64,000 nucleotides of DNA from an uncultured Nitrospiraceae bacterium (lineage in GTDB: Bacteria > Nitrospirota > Thermodesulfovibrionia > Thermodesulfovibrionales > UBA6898), in the NCBI GenBank assembly GCA_963811165.1, contig CAWEQH010000010.1:960001-1024000 (forward strand), given 5' to 3'. A program made the translations under genes and the position numbers. The notes under the pieces are model-generated. The model had not been told where the DNA came from. It did no database searches and saw only the letters and a list, made by a program, of their open reading frames with translations. Positions 20,821-30,913 of the stretch are shown here, piece after piece (positions within the stretch are counted from its first letter, which is position 1; each line of letters begins with the position of its first letter).

Positions 20821-21783
20821 TTACTTTAATTTCGCCCCGCTTATCTCGACAATCTCTTTCTCTATCTCGCCGGGCATGCCCATATTTTTCATGAACGCCC
20901 ATTTGCCGGCATCTTCAAAATATACCTTCATCCTGTACATCTCATCGAGCGTCACGACTTTTACCATGCCGTTTTCCCTTAACACAATGACCTCCACAGG
21001 AAATGCCGGGGAGTGATCTATCCCCGGACATGGATTGTACTTCGATTCTCTCTTTTCTCCGGCGATCTTGAAGGCCCGCGCCTCTGTCTTTTGTTTGTCC
21101 AGCCCGTACAAGATCGCGTTGTTGCCTAGTTCAAGGGAATAGACAAGACGCCAACCCTTGCTGTTGCCGGTAATCCCGTCCTTGACCTTCGCCGCGATAT
21201 CGTGGAAATTTGAACCTTTGTCCTCCTTTTTGTATATCTCCGTAATCTTGCCGCTAAAAGCTCCACCGCCCATCCCTCCGACATACCCCTTGCTCCTTAT
21301 CTCTCCTGACTGCTGGTTGACTATGGCGCCTTTTATCGCCGATGCCAAAAGAGCAGACAATTCCTTCATCTCGGCGACCGAGAGGTCCTTCTCAACCGTA
21401 TCTCCCAATACCGTCCTATTCAGAGACGCCGGATTCAGAAACGATATGCTCGTCCCCTTTTCATCCGTAAAAATTCCGACCCTTAGGGGCAGTGCAAACG
21501 CTGAGTACGGACCATGGGACATGATTTTCCGCGTATAGTCAGGAGAATTGACGACGATTGTATGGGCCTTGAACCCGCATCCTTCAGGCACAGCTGCCGC
21601 ATAAGAAGCAAGCACATGCCACCCGTTTTTGGCGAGGACGCCTTCAGTATTTTTTATGGCCTCGTCGAAGGTACCGCCCACTTTTTCCGCGACCTTCACA
21701 TACACGCCATATTCTTCGGCATGGACTCCAAAAGACATGGCCAGAGAAAAAAAGAGTATTAAGAAACCACACAGCCTTTTCAT
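20821..21783 (-). CDS. Exported protein, possibly tandem DUF302-like fold
   Basis: Signal peptide (VHA-E); two similar halves (FALPLRVGI / PAFPVEVIV); GGGGAG RBS. Confidence 0.6.
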   Translation of the reverse strand: MKRLCGFLILFFSLAMSFGVHAEEYGVYVKVAEKVGGTFDEAIKNTEGVLAKNGWHVLASYAAAVPEGCGFKAHTIVVNSPDYTRKIMSHGPYSAFALPLRVGIFTDEKGTSISFLNPASLNRTVLGDTVEKDLSVAEMKELSALLASAIKGAIVNQQSGEIRSKGYVGGMGGGAFSGKITEIYKKEDKGSNFHDIAAKVKDGITGNSKGWRLVYSLELGNNAILYGLDKQKTEARAFKIAGEKRESKYNPCPGIDHSPAFPVEVIVLRENGMVKVVTLDEMYRMKVYFEDAGKWAFMKNMGMPGEIEKEIVEISGAKLK

Positions 21784-21943
21784 CGTCTCCCCCTTTGTTG
21801 CTTTGTTTAGTTATTTAGACTTTTATTAACTGTAAAATATTTTCCCACTGCAGTCAACATAAAAACTGAGAGGCGGGCATTTATGCTTCTTGAGAAAATA
21901 GAAACTTTCCTGCATAGTAGTATGATAATTTTCGTTACTTGCT

Positions 21944-23341
21944 GTGGGAGATATAACCGGGATGAATGAAGAGGTCGTAGAGAAGCGGCAGATGCTCCGG
22001 CTCGGTCTGCGGCTGTTCAATACGCTGACCACTTTGAATGTATGGCATTTCCTCTGGATTTCAATCGTCTTATCGGAATTACTGACCTCGCTCATGGGGC
22101 TGCTGCTCAAAGGCTCGGTCACCTATGATTATCTCGTTACGGGCGGTGTGGTTTCATTGATCGTTGCCGGCATCGTCATTTTTTTCCTCAAGGTCACGAT
22201 GCAGGTCAGAGTGGACAATAAAATTCTCCTCGCAGAGATCGAAACGCAACGCGAGACAACGGAAGGCCTTACGAAGGCGTTGGATTTCCAGTCCCTCCTC
22301 ATGGAAACAATTCCCGACCTGCTGTACGTGCTAAATCCTGCAGGCAATCTTATCAAATGGAACAGGCTTGCAGAGGAAACCACAGGGTATAGTCACGACG
22401 ATTTGGAGGGGAAACAGGCGTTGACTTTTATTGCGGAAGAAGACAGGGATGAGGCGGCGGCAGGACTTGAAGAGGCCTACTCAAAAGGAAGGGCCTCGCG
22501 TGAGGTCCGACTGCTTACCAAGGACGGCAGAAAGGTCGTCCATCTCTTCAGCGGCGGGTCGATACGGGATGCCACGGGAAGGTTCATGGGTTTCATCGGC
22601 ATCGCCAGGGATATCTCGAAACTGAAGAAAATGGAAGAGGAGATGCACAGGGTCCAGAAACTCGAATCATTGGGCATCCTTGCAAGCGGTATCGCCCATG
22701 ACTTCAATTTTCTCCTGTCCGCAGTTTTAGAAAACATCCACATCGCCGTACTTAATGTGGACCGGCGGGACGTAATGCGGGAAGCTCTTCAGAAGGCCCA
22801 GAAGGCGTCGGTCCGGGCAAAGGACCTGACCAGACAATTAATCACCTTTTCCCGCGGGGGGTTTCCGGTAAAGAGATTGACGGCGATCGGAGAAATCATC
22901 AGGGAATACTCCGACCTGGCGATACGAGATTCTAATATCGGATGCACCTACCACATCGCGCCTGACCTTTGTCAGGTCGATGCAGATGGGGAACAGATCG
23001 GGCGGGTGATCAATACAATCGTCCTTAATTCCATCGAGGCGATGCCGGGTTGGGGAATGCTTATGATATCTGCTGAAAATACACAGGTCTTATCGGATGA
23101 GCTGCCGCCATTACCCGAAGGCAGGTATGTCAAAGTCTCTGTTGCGGACCATGGTCCGGGCATCCCGCAGGAGCTCCTTCCGAAGATATTTGATCCGTAT
23201 TTCACCACGAAACAAAACGGGAGGGGCCTTGGGCTTACGATTGCATACGCGATTATCAGGAACCATAGCGGCCATATCCGGGTGGAATCGGAACCGAAAA
23301 AGGGGACCGTCTTTCATATCTATCTTCCCGCAGGCAGTTGA
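21944..23341 (+). CDS. Membrane PAS sensor histidine kinase without receiver (start may be ATG 21962)
   Basis: 2 TMs, PAS, H-box AHDFNFLL, DHGPG, YFTTK, GLGL. Confidence 0.9.
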   Translation: MGDITGMNEEVVEKRQMLRLGLRLFNTLTTLNVWHFLWISIVLSELLTSLMGLLLKGSVTYDYLVTGGVVSLIVAGIVIFFLKVTMQVRVDNKILLAEIETQRETTEGLTKALDFQSLLMETIPDLLYVLNPAGNLIKWNRLAEETTGYSHDDLEGKQALTFIAEEDRDEAAAGLEEAYSKGRASREVRLLTKDGRKVVHLFSGGSIRDATGRFMGFIGIARDISKLKKMEEEMHRVQKLESLGILASGIAHDFNFLLSAVLENIHIAVLNVDRRDVMREALQKAQKASVRAKDLTRQLITFSRGGFPVKRLTAIGEIIREYSDLAIRDSNIGCTYHIAPDLCQVDADGEQIGRVINTIVLNSIEAMPGWGMLMISAENTQVLSDELPPLPEGRYVKVSVADHGPGIPQELLPKIFDPYFTTKQNGRGLGLTIAYAIIRNHSGHIRVESEPKKGTVFHIYLPAGS

Positions 23342-23369
23342 CCAAATCAGATTAAAGGAGGACCGGAAT

Positions 23370-24002
23370 TTGATCGGGAGGCTTCGTAAACACCAGTTGA
23401 TGGTCGCGGTCCGGACGGAAACGCCCGAACAGGCCTACAAGGCGGCAGCGGCGTGCATTGAAGGAGGGATCAGGTTCATCGAGATCACCTTCTCGGTCCC
23501 CGATGCGGAGGAAGTAATACGGAAATTGAGCGCTGACCCCAGGGTTGAGGTGGGCGCCGGGACCGTCTTAAATACCGCAGACGCAAAGAAGGCCCTTCGG
23601 GCAGGCGCCATGTACATAGTGAGCCCGAATTTCGATGAAGAAGTGGTCGCCCTCACGAAGAAAGAGGGCGCGGTCTCGGTCCCGGGGGCATGTACACCTA
23701 CAGAGATCTATCGGGCTTACAAGGCCGGCGGCGACGTAATAAAACTCTTTCCATTTGTGGAGATCGGGGGCCTTGATTTCCTGAAGGCGATCAGGGGCCC
23801 GTTTCCCTATATACACTACATGCTCTGCGGGGGAGCGAAACTGGAAAACATTTCGGGATACCTCTTAGCGCGTGCAACCGGCATCCTTGTAGGCTCTGCG
23901 ATAATCAGGCGCGATCTCGTCGAGGCATCTGACTGGCCTTCAATTACCGGGATTGCGGGGAAGTTCGTTGCGAAGGCCGTAGAGTTTTCCAGGGGGAAAT
24001 GA
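23370..24002 (+). CDS. eda: KDPG/KHG aldolase family protein
   Basis: TTG start after AAGGAGG; EIT, VGAGTV, IVSP, TPTE, KLFP Schiff-base Lys. Confidence 0.88.
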   Translation: MIGRLRKHQLMVAVRTETPEQAYKAAAACIEGGIRFIEITFSVPDAEEVIRKLSADPRVEVGAGTVLNTADAKKALRAGAMYIVSPNFDEEVVALTKKEGAVSVPGACTPTEIYRAYKAGGDVIKLFPFVEIGGLDFLKAIRGPFPYIHYMLCGGAKLENISGYLLARATGILVGSAIIRRDLVEASDWPSITGIAGKFVAKAVEFSRGK

Positions 24003-24147
24003 AGGTAATGGTGCAGTTATACCATTGCCACAATGAACGTACGCTTCACGGGCAGTCCATGAATTGTGTATAATTGCATGGCAGTGTTTTTCCCTGCATC
24101 TTAAGGATTAACAGGGATATGAATATCCCTATGAGGAGGTAACATAT

Positions 24148-25098
24148 ATGTTTCGCCCGCAGATTAAGGTTCTGGATTGCACCGTCCGCGACGGCGGTCT
24201 GATAAATAATTGGCAGTTCAGCGATGATTTCGTAAGGAAGGTATTTCTCGCCCTTTCGCACGCCGGAGTGGACTATATGGAGATAGGATACAAGTCTTCC
24301 GAGAAGTATTTTTCCCGTAATGACAACGGCGACTGGAAATTTTGCACCGAAGAAGACCTCAAAAGAATTATCGGCGGGACCGAAAGCCGCATGAAACTAT
24401 CAGCCATGGCCGACATAGGCCGTATCGACCAGGAAGATATTCCCCTAAAGAAAGATAGTCTCCTCGATATGATCAGGGTGGCCTGCTATGTGAAAGAGGT
24501 GGACAAAGGTATTCGCCTGGCCCACGAGTGCATCGACAAAGGCTATGAGGCTACCATCAATCTTATGGCTGTTTCAAAGGTGCTCGAAAGAGACCTCGAC
24601 GAGGCCCTCGACGACCTCTCTAAGAGCCGGGTGGAAACTGTCTATATCGTAGACAGTTTCGGTGCTATGTATTCCGAGCAGATCCATTTCCTCGCCAAGA
24701 AGTACCGCGAGGCGCTGACCGGAAAGGAACTGGGCATCCATGCACACAACAACCAGCAACTGGCCTTCGCCAACACAATAGAGGCGATAATCGCCGGGGC
24801 CAACCGTATCGATGCCACCCTATACGGCATGGGCAGGGGTGCGGGGAATTGCCCTCTGGAGCTTCTCCTTTCGTTCCTGAAAAACCCGAAGTTCGACATA
24901 AGGCCCATCTTTGAGGTCATACAGGAATTGTTCATCCCTCTAAAGACCGAGGTCGAATGGGGCTATCACATACCTTATATGATCACGGGCGTACTGAACG
25001 AGCATCCCAGAAGCGGGATGAAGGCTATGGCAGAAAAAGCCCTGCCCGACATGAGGAAATTTTACGAAGACCTCCTCGACGATACACCCCTCGAATGA
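24148..25098 (+). CDS. DRE-TIM metallolyase (HMGL-like / 4-hydroxy-2-oxovalerate aldolase-like)
   Basis: LDCTVRDGG, VDSFG, HAHNN, GMGRGAGN. Confidence 0.85.
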   Translation: MFRPQIKVLDCTVRDGGLINNWQFSDDFVRKVFLALSHAGVDYMEIGYKSSEKYFSRNDNGDWKFCTEEDLKRIIGGTESRMKLSAMADIGRIDQEDIPLKKDSLLDMIRVACYVKEVDKGIRLAHECIDKGYEATINLMAVSKVLERDLDEALDDLSKSRVETVYIVDSFGAMYSEQIHFLAKKYREALTGKELGIHAHNNQQLAFANTIEAIIAGANRIDATLYGMGRGAGNCPLELLLSFLKNPKFDIRPIFEVIQELFIPLKTEVEWGYHIPYMITGVLNEHPRSGMKAMAEKALPDMRKFYEDLLDDTPLE

Positions 25099-25108
25099 AA
25101 TATCGTCC

Positions 25109-25648
25109 TCACAGCTCGACCATGAAGCCCTCTCTCCGGTGAAAATCCGGCTTTGGACCGGGATGCGTAAGTGCCCAGTAGTTGATCTTGCCGCTCCTCT
25201 CTTTGATGACGGCGCTGAGCGCAATCTGTAAAGCCTGTCCGGCCGGGACTATCTTTTTCAGGTCGAGTTCCAGAGAAAGCTGCAGACCGTCCGGAGGGGT
25301 GTATATGCTAAACGGCAGAGAAGTAAAGGCCTGATCTTCCTGCATCCCCTGCCGGTATGAGGTAAAGAGATAGACATTCCAGTTACCGGCGGGGGAGAGG
25401 TTGAATTCCCAGTATTTATCAGAATTTCTCGTGCCGATGAAGAATTCGAAACATGTCTCCTCCCAAAGACCATATTTCCTGGACGGCACATCTGCAAGTG
25501 CCGGAATGACAATTTCCGCAAGGGGGCCCAAAAGCAAATAGCTGAAGGAAAGTGTATCGGTTCGCCTTCCGACGCTGCATGTTAAATTCAGATGTGGCTG
25601 GGGTCTGTCTGAAGGGAACGGCTTGAGGGAAAAGCTCCGGCCCTTCAT
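25109..25648 (-). CDS. DOMON-like domain protein
   Basis: LWEETCFEFF, YWEFNLSP.GNWN, YWALTHPGPKPDFH; 4-bp overlap with kinase. Confidence 0.75.
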   Translation of the reverse strand: MKGRSFSLKPFPSDRPQPHLNLTCSVGRRTDTLSFSYLLLGPLAEIVIPALADVPSRKYGLWEETCFEFFIGTRNSDKYWEFNLSPAGNWNVYLFTSYRQGMQEDQAFTSLPFSIYTPPDGLQLSLELDLKKIVPAGQALQIALSAVIKERSGKINYWALTHPGPKPDFHRREGFMVEL

Positions 25649-26814
25649 CCGATGTCCCGGATGATGTTTCGTATGACGTTCTCCTGTGATTCTATCCCCT
25701 CGGTGAGTTTGAACTGGACAAGGGCCCTGGCAAGATTTTGTTCCGGCCGACTGACCTTAAAGTATAGGTCGCCTTCGAGGTGATCCGTAAAGAACCTGAG
25801 GCCGAGCTCAAAGGCCATCAGGCGGATCGAATCGTAGAGATATCCAATATCCTGCCCGCTAAGGAACCCTCTTGCCATAGGGAGGTAGCCCTGCAGGATA
25901 GCGCGGCAGAGGTCAGGGTCAAAACGGACAGCCTCCCATTCTTCGGTTTCTTCTCCGAGGCGATTACAGCCGGAGCGGAGGCAATCACCGATATCATAAT
26001 GGACCAGCCCGGGCTTTACCGTGTCAAGGTCGACGATGCCGACGGCCTGTCCTGTCGCCGTGTCCATCATGATGTTGTTCACCTTCGGATCTCCGTGGAT
26101 CGTCCTCAGATGCAACCTGCCCTGCTCCCTGGCGTCCTCAAGGACGTGTGCCCAGCCCTTTCGCTTCTCGATAAACTGAACACAATACTTTACTTCAGAG
26201 GATCCGGCCGCGCTATGTGTAGCCAGGGCCTCGTCATAGAGCCGCAGGTAGCGGGGCGTAATATGGAACCCTTCCAGCGTATCTGCCAGCCTTTCCGGAG
26301 ACAGATCGCTGAGGAGGGTGTGGAACATGCCGAGCGCATAGCCGACTTCTACCGCGTGATCAGTGTCCTTGATAGTGTCAAAAGCCTGGGAGCCTTCAAT
26401 AAAACTGATCACGCGCCAGAACGACCCATCGGAATCAATCCAGTAGTCCCGGCCGTCCTCTGTCGTTTGCACGGCCGGAACTTCCCACCTCCGGCCCGCA
26501 GGCAGGGGCTTATGACTGAGACGCCGGCGAATATGCTCGGTGGAAACGCGCATATTCTGCATAAGAAGTTCCGGCCTGCGAAACACATGGGTGTTGATGC
26601 GTTGCAGGATAAAATGTTTTTCCCCTTCGGAATCCACTGTAACAAGGAACGTAGTATTGATATTGCCGTTGCCGTATTCCGAAACATCGGTGACCCGGCC
26701 TCCCAGTTTGAACTGTTCCGCAACCGAGAAGAGACCGCCCAAGACTTTACCTCCGGGAAGTGCGCATACACATGGGTCAGGATTGCCTGGTTCCCGCTTT
26801 ATGCGCCTCGACAT
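25645..26814 (-). CDS. APH/choline-kinase-like phosphotransferase (N-acetylhexosamine 1-kinase-like)
   Basis: GNGNINTT, LQRIN, HGDPKVNN, DLDTV, RFFTDHL; true start may be downstream of 26814. Confidence 0.85.
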   Translation of the reverse strand: MSRRIKREPGNPDPCVCALPGGKVLGGLFSVAEQFKLGGRVTDVSEYGNGNINTTFLVTVDSEGEKHFILQRINTHVFRRPELLMQNMRVSTEHIRRRLSHKPLPAGRRWEVPAVQTTEDGRDYWIDSDGSFWRVISFIEGSQAFDTIKDTDHAVEVGYALGMFHTLLSDLSPERLADTLEGFHITPRYLRLYDEALATHSAAGSSEVKYCVQFIEKRKGWAHVLEDAREQGRLHLRTIHGDPKVNNIMMDTATGQAVGIVDLDTVKPGLVHYDIGDCLRSGCNRLGEETEEWEAVRFDPDLCRAILQGYLPMARGFLSGQDIGYLYDSIRLMAFELGLRFFTDHLEGDLYFKVSRPEQNLARALVQFKLTEGIESQENVIRNIIRDIG

Positions 26815-27727
26815 AATGGGCTGCCGCCAGGGCCGCTATGCATCCGTCTGCGGCGGCAACCACGATCTGGTTTGCAAACTTTTGCCTGACGTCGCCGATC
26901 GCAAAGATGCCCGGAACGCTCGTAGCACACTTCTCATCGGTAATTACGAAGCCCTGTTCATTCATGCGGACCCCCGATGGGATCAACTGATTATTGGGCG
27001 AATACCCGATAAAGATAAAGACTCCGTCGGTCGCCAATTCTCCTTTTTCTCCGCTTACGGTATTTTCTAAAGAGACGGATTCAACCGCGCTTCCGCTTCC
27101 CCTGATTTCCGTAATCATCGTATTCCAAAATATTTCTATCATGGGCTCACTCATCAGGCGGCTTTGGAGTATCTTGCTCGCCCGGAGCGTATTTTTTCTG
27201 TGAACGAGATATACCTTCCTCACCAGCCTGGAGAGATAGAGCGCCTCTTCTACGGCCGTGTCTCCCCCGCCGACGACAACGACCGTCTTGTCCCTGAAGA
27301 AGAAACCATCGCAGGTAGCACAATAGGAAACGCCGAGTCCGAGGTATTCGCCTTCTCCGGGGACGCCGAGCTTCCGCACAGACCCGCCCGCAGCGAGGAT
27401 CAGGGCAACCGCTCTGAGCACCTGACCGCCGGCAAGCCTGACCGAGTGAAGATCGGACCCCGCACTGACCTCTGCGACCTCCTGCTGGACCACATTGAGG
27501 CCGAATGAACGGGCGTGACTGACCATTCTTTCGGCCAGATCAAATCCCGTTATGCCCTCTACCCCGGGGTAGTTCTCCACGTCTTTTGATATGGCAATCT
27601 GACCTCCGAGCAAACCTCTCTCAAAGAGGACCGTTTTTAGTGCGGCCCTCTGACAGTAAAGCCCGGCGGCGAGCCCTGCAGGCCCTCCCCCCACAATGAT
27701 CACTTCATATGTCTCATTACTTGCCAT
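26777..27727 (-). CDS. trxB: Thioredoxin reductase
   Basis: GGGPAG, VENYPG, CATC, GGGDTA, HRK, GDV; ATG 27727 with GGAGG RBS. Confidence 0.93.
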   Translation of the reverse strand: MASNETYEVIIVGGGPAGLAAGLYCQRAALKTVLFERGLLGGQIAISKDVENYPGVEGITGFDLAERMVSHARSFGLNVVQQEVAEVSAGSDLHSVRLAGGQVLRAVALILAAGGSVRKLGVPGEGEYLGLGVSYCATCDGFFFRDKTVVVVGGGDTAVEEALYLSRLVRKVYLVHRKNTLRASKILQSRLMSEPMIEIFWNTMITEIRGSGSAVESVSLENTVSGEKGELATDGVFIFIGYSPNNQLIPSGVRMNEQGFVITDEKCATSVPGIFAIGDVRQKFANQIVVAAADGCIAALAAAHYVEAHKAGTRQS

Positions 27728-27953
27728 ACCACTTCCTCCAGGATGATTGCGGATGTATAAATTTTTCCAATTATATATTAGCATAAGGCAGCGACTGTCA
27801 TAAGGGCGCACCCGGCAAGGACGCGGACAAAAAAGAGGATGTCTCTGATAAAGACATTAGTTGGTAAAAAGTATACAATAGTAGCAGCCTTGATTTTGTC
27901 CGGAAGGAGATTTTTCATGGCCGGAAATAACCCGGAGAGTTTGGAGAGCAGCG

Positions 27954-28271
27954 GTGAATAAAAACTATCGCAGGTACCAGAGGTATTCAATCTGCGCCCA
28001 AGCGGTGCTCATAAGGCAGGGGGGCGTATCCCCGGAGAGATTGACCGTGCAGGTAAACACCATCTCCCAGGGAGGGATGGGGTTTTACACCAGCGTGCTT
28101 CTCGATAAAGCCACTCCTGTCTCCGTTGAGCTTGTGGTTGATTCATCCGGGAGACCGGACGTCTTTGAGGGGAGGATCGCCTCGGTCTCCTCACAGGGAA
28201 ACGATTATTTTACCGGCATCGCCTTCACTAACGATATCTCTTATGACCACTTTGTCGGGCTCATCGGCTGA
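27954..28271 (+). CDS. PilZ-domain protein
   Basis: RRYQR and TISQGG (RxxxR / [D/N]xSxxG-like). Confidence 0.75.
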   Translation: MNKNYRRYQRYSICAQAVLIRQGGVSPERLTVQVNTISQGGMGFYTSVLLDKATPVSVELVVDSSGRPDVFEGRIASVSSQGNDYFTGIAFTNDISYDHFVGLIG

Positions 28272-28423
28272 GTCATTCTGTTGAGCCTCTCACCGCTTCG
28301 CGTCCTCTGATTGTTACGCCTTTGTGACCGGCTTTTTACCTGATATACTTATACTCATATGAAGCATAATTGCGCGACGGCGTGAACCCCGGCCGGAGAG
28401 GGACGAAAGCGAAAGGACATTTA

Positions 28424-30106
28424 GTGAAAGACCCTGTGAAGACTAAACAACAGCTTCTGCATGAACTTAAGGAGATGCGCACCAAGCTTGAGCAACTGGA
28501 AGCGTGCAGGAGGGAGTTCGAGGGTGCACGCCACCGGTACGAGAGACTCCTCGATGCCGCTCCCGACGCGATGATCTTTGTAAACCGCTCCTACGAGATC
28601 GTCCTTGTGAATCCGCAGATGGAAAGACTCTTCGGATACACCCAGGAAGAAGTGGTCGGGAAGGAGTTGGATATTCTGATCCCTGAGCGATTTCGGGGTC
28701 AGCACCGGAAATTTGTCGAGGGATACTTTTCGAACCCCAGAGTACGCGCCATGGGTGGGGACCTGAAGATTTTCGGCCTGAAGAAGGACGGTACTGAGTT
28801 CCGCGGGGACATCAGTCTCAGCCCGATACGGATCGAAGGGGAATTGCTCGTTACCGCGGCGATAAGGGACATTTCGGAGCGGGTAGAGGCCCAGGAGCAG
28901 ATCGAGCGAAACTTTCACATACAGCGGGTAATAAACGTCCTCCTAAAAACATCCCTCGAACCCGTATCCCTTGAGGCGCAGCTAGGCGGCGCACTTGACC
29001 TGATTCTTTCCGTGCCTTATCTGTCACTTCAGTCAAAGGCCGCCATCTACCTCGTTGAGGGCGAGCCGAAAGAACTCTCTTTGAAATCGGAGCGGGGACT
29101 GACCTTGCAGGAGCGAAACTCATGCGGGAAAGTCCCCTTTGGAAAATGCCTCTGCGGCCGCGCCGCCGCCGCATGCGAAGTCGTTTTCGCGGAATGCGTA
29201 GGCGAAGGCCATGAGATAACGTTTGAGGAGATGTCTCCCCATGGACATTACTGCGTGCCTATCGTCTCCGGCGGAAAGTCCCTCGGCCTGATCAACGTCT
29301 ATCTTCAGCGATGGCATAAAAGGAACCCGGCAGAAGAGGCGTTTCTGTCGGCCGTTGCAAATACCCTGGCAGGTGTCATCGAGCGCCGCAGGACCGAAGA
29401 GGAGAAAAAGCAGCTTCAGGAGCGGCTCCTGCAGAGTGAAAAGCTGGCGGCACTCGGCAGGATAACGGCCAACGTTGCTCACGAGATACGCAACCCTTTG
29501 ACTTCGGTCGGCGGGTTTGCCAGGAGACTGCAGAAAAAGGTCCCCGAAGGTACGGCGGAGCGGCAATACGCAGATTCAATTGTATCGGAAGTCGCTGCTC
29601 TTGAAAATATCCTCAGGGCGGTCCTCGGTTATTCCCGGGTTTCTGTTCCCATACTCGTCAGGGAAGATGTCCGCGAGGTACTCGATGACGTTCTACAGAC
29701 GTATGAAGAGATGTTGACGAAGCACGCGATAAGGATCGAAAGGGCATACGGCGACGTACCCGAGGTACGGACCGACAAGGAACAGGCGAAGGAGGCAATA
29801 GGCAATATCATATTGAATGCCGTCGACGCCATGCCAGCCGGAGGTACGCTCACGGTCGCCGTTTCCCGGGAACGGGTGAACGATATATCTCATGTTGCAG
29901 TGCACATCAGTGATACAGGCGAGGGCATCACGGAAGAAAACCTGGATAAGATTTTCGAACCCTTTTTCACTACGAGGGTTGCAAAGAGAGGAATAGGCCT
30001 GGGGCTTCCGATAAGCAAAAAACTCATGGAAGAACTTGGCGGTTTCATTTCTGTCAAGAGCCTTCCCGGGAAAGGTTCGACCTTCTCTGTCTTCTTCCCT
30101 TCATAA
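28424..30106 (+). CDS. Cytoplasmic PAS-GAF sensor histidine kinase
   Basis: GTG after AAGGA; PAS (LIPERFRGQH), Cys/His-rich GAF, H-box AHEIRNPL, NAVDAM, DTGEG, GLGL. Confidence 0.9.
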   Translation: MKDPVKTKQQLLHELKEMRTKLEQLEACRREFEGARHRYERLLDAAPDAMIFVNRSYEIVLVNPQMERLFGYTQEEVVGKELDILIPERFRGQHRKFVEGYFSNPRVRAMGGDLKIFGLKKDGTEFRGDISLSPIRIEGELLVTAAIRDISERVEAQEQIERNFHIQRVINVLLKTSLEPVSLEAQLGGALDLILSVPYLSLQSKAAIYLVEGEPKELSLKSERGLTLQERNSCGKVPFGKCLCGRAAAACEVVFAECVGEGHEITFEEMSPHGHYCVPIVSGGKSLGLINVYLQRWHKRNPAEEAFLSAVANTLAGVIERRRTEEEKKQLQERLLQSEKLAALGRITANVAHEIRNPLTSVGGFARRLQKKVPEGTAERQYADSIVSEVAALENILRAVLGYSRVSVPILVREDVREVLDDVLQTYEEMLTKHAIRIERAYGDVPEVRTDKEQAKEAIGNIILNAVDAMPAGGTLTVAVSRERVNDISHVAVHISDTGEGITEENLDKIFEPFFTTRVAKRGIGLGLPISKKLMEELGGFISVKSLPGKGSTFSVFFPS

Positions 30107-30162
30107 TTGCGGTCCCGCTCCTTTCTTTGCTATTCCCCTCCCAAATATAATAAGATTTCAGG

Positions 30163-30669
30163 ATGGCATTTTTTGAAGATGACAAAGAAAGGGCCGAGTC
30201 TTACCGCGTTCTCGCAGATATTTTCTTCGCCCCTCCCGACGCGGAAAACATGGAGAGTATAAGGGAAGACCTTGGGCTTGAATCGAAGGAAACGCAAGAA
30301 GAGGTCCTCGCCGATTTCAATTCCCTCTTTATCTACCCCGGGGGAGAACTGCCGCCGCTTGAGTCACTTCAGGCCGAAGGCCTGAACATCGCCGATTCCG
30401 TAACAGGGTTCTATTACGGCACAGGACTCACCTTCGACGAGGAATACGAGACCCTGCCCGACCATATCTCCCTTGAATTCCTGTTCATGAGTTATCTCAT
30501 CGATATCGACAACCGGGAACTTCAGCAGAAATTTCTTGAACAACATATCGCCAATTGGGTACCCTATTATTGTGAAAAAGTGATGAACCGGGCAAAAACG
30601 CTCTTTTACCGGGAGATCGTGCAGATCGCGAAGGATTTCATCGACTATGAATTCGAAGGCATAGGATAG
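30163..30669 (+). CDS. TorD/DmsD-family redox enzyme maturation chaperone
   Basis: PPLES, PDHISLEFLFM, FLEQHIANW, FY; acidic. Confidence 0.85.
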   Translation: MAFFEDDKERAESYRVLADIFFAPPDAENMESIREDLGLESKETQEEVLADFNSLFIYPGGELPPLESLQAEGLNIADSVTGFYYGTGLTFDEEYETLPDHISLEFLFMSYLIDIDNRELQQKFLEQHIANWVPYYCEKVMNRAKTLFYREIVQIAKDFIDYEFEGIG

Positions 30670-30682
30670 CACGGGAGAGACA

Positions 30683-30913
30683 TTGGCAAACCTGTACTCA
30701 AAGGATTTTCTCAAGGCGTGGTCGGTAGGCCTGAACCTCGTCTTTTCAACTTTTATCGGTCTGGCCATCGGCTACGGACTCGACAAGCTCTTTAAGGTCA
30801 CCTTTCCCTGGCTTACGATACTCTTTCTGGTACTGGGCATCGTCTCAGGGTTCAGGGACCTTCTGAGACTCGCAAGAAAACAAGACGATGGACCTGATAA
30901 AAAGGATATATAG
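30683..30913 (+). CDS. AtpZ/AtpI-family two-TM protein
   Basis: IGLAIGYGLDK, PWLTILFLVLGIVSGF. Confidence 0.82.
   Translation: MANLYSKDFLKAWSVGLNLVFSTFIGLAIGYGLDKLFKVTFPWLTILFLVLGIVSGFRDLLRLARKQDDGPDKKDI

Noticed and set aside
23097..23369. Apparent N-terminal extension of eda
   Set aside because: Overlaps the kinase in another frame; strong RBS supports TTG at 23370
25780..26889. 369-aa plus-strand ORF
   Set aside because: Antisense to the kinase; no domain signal
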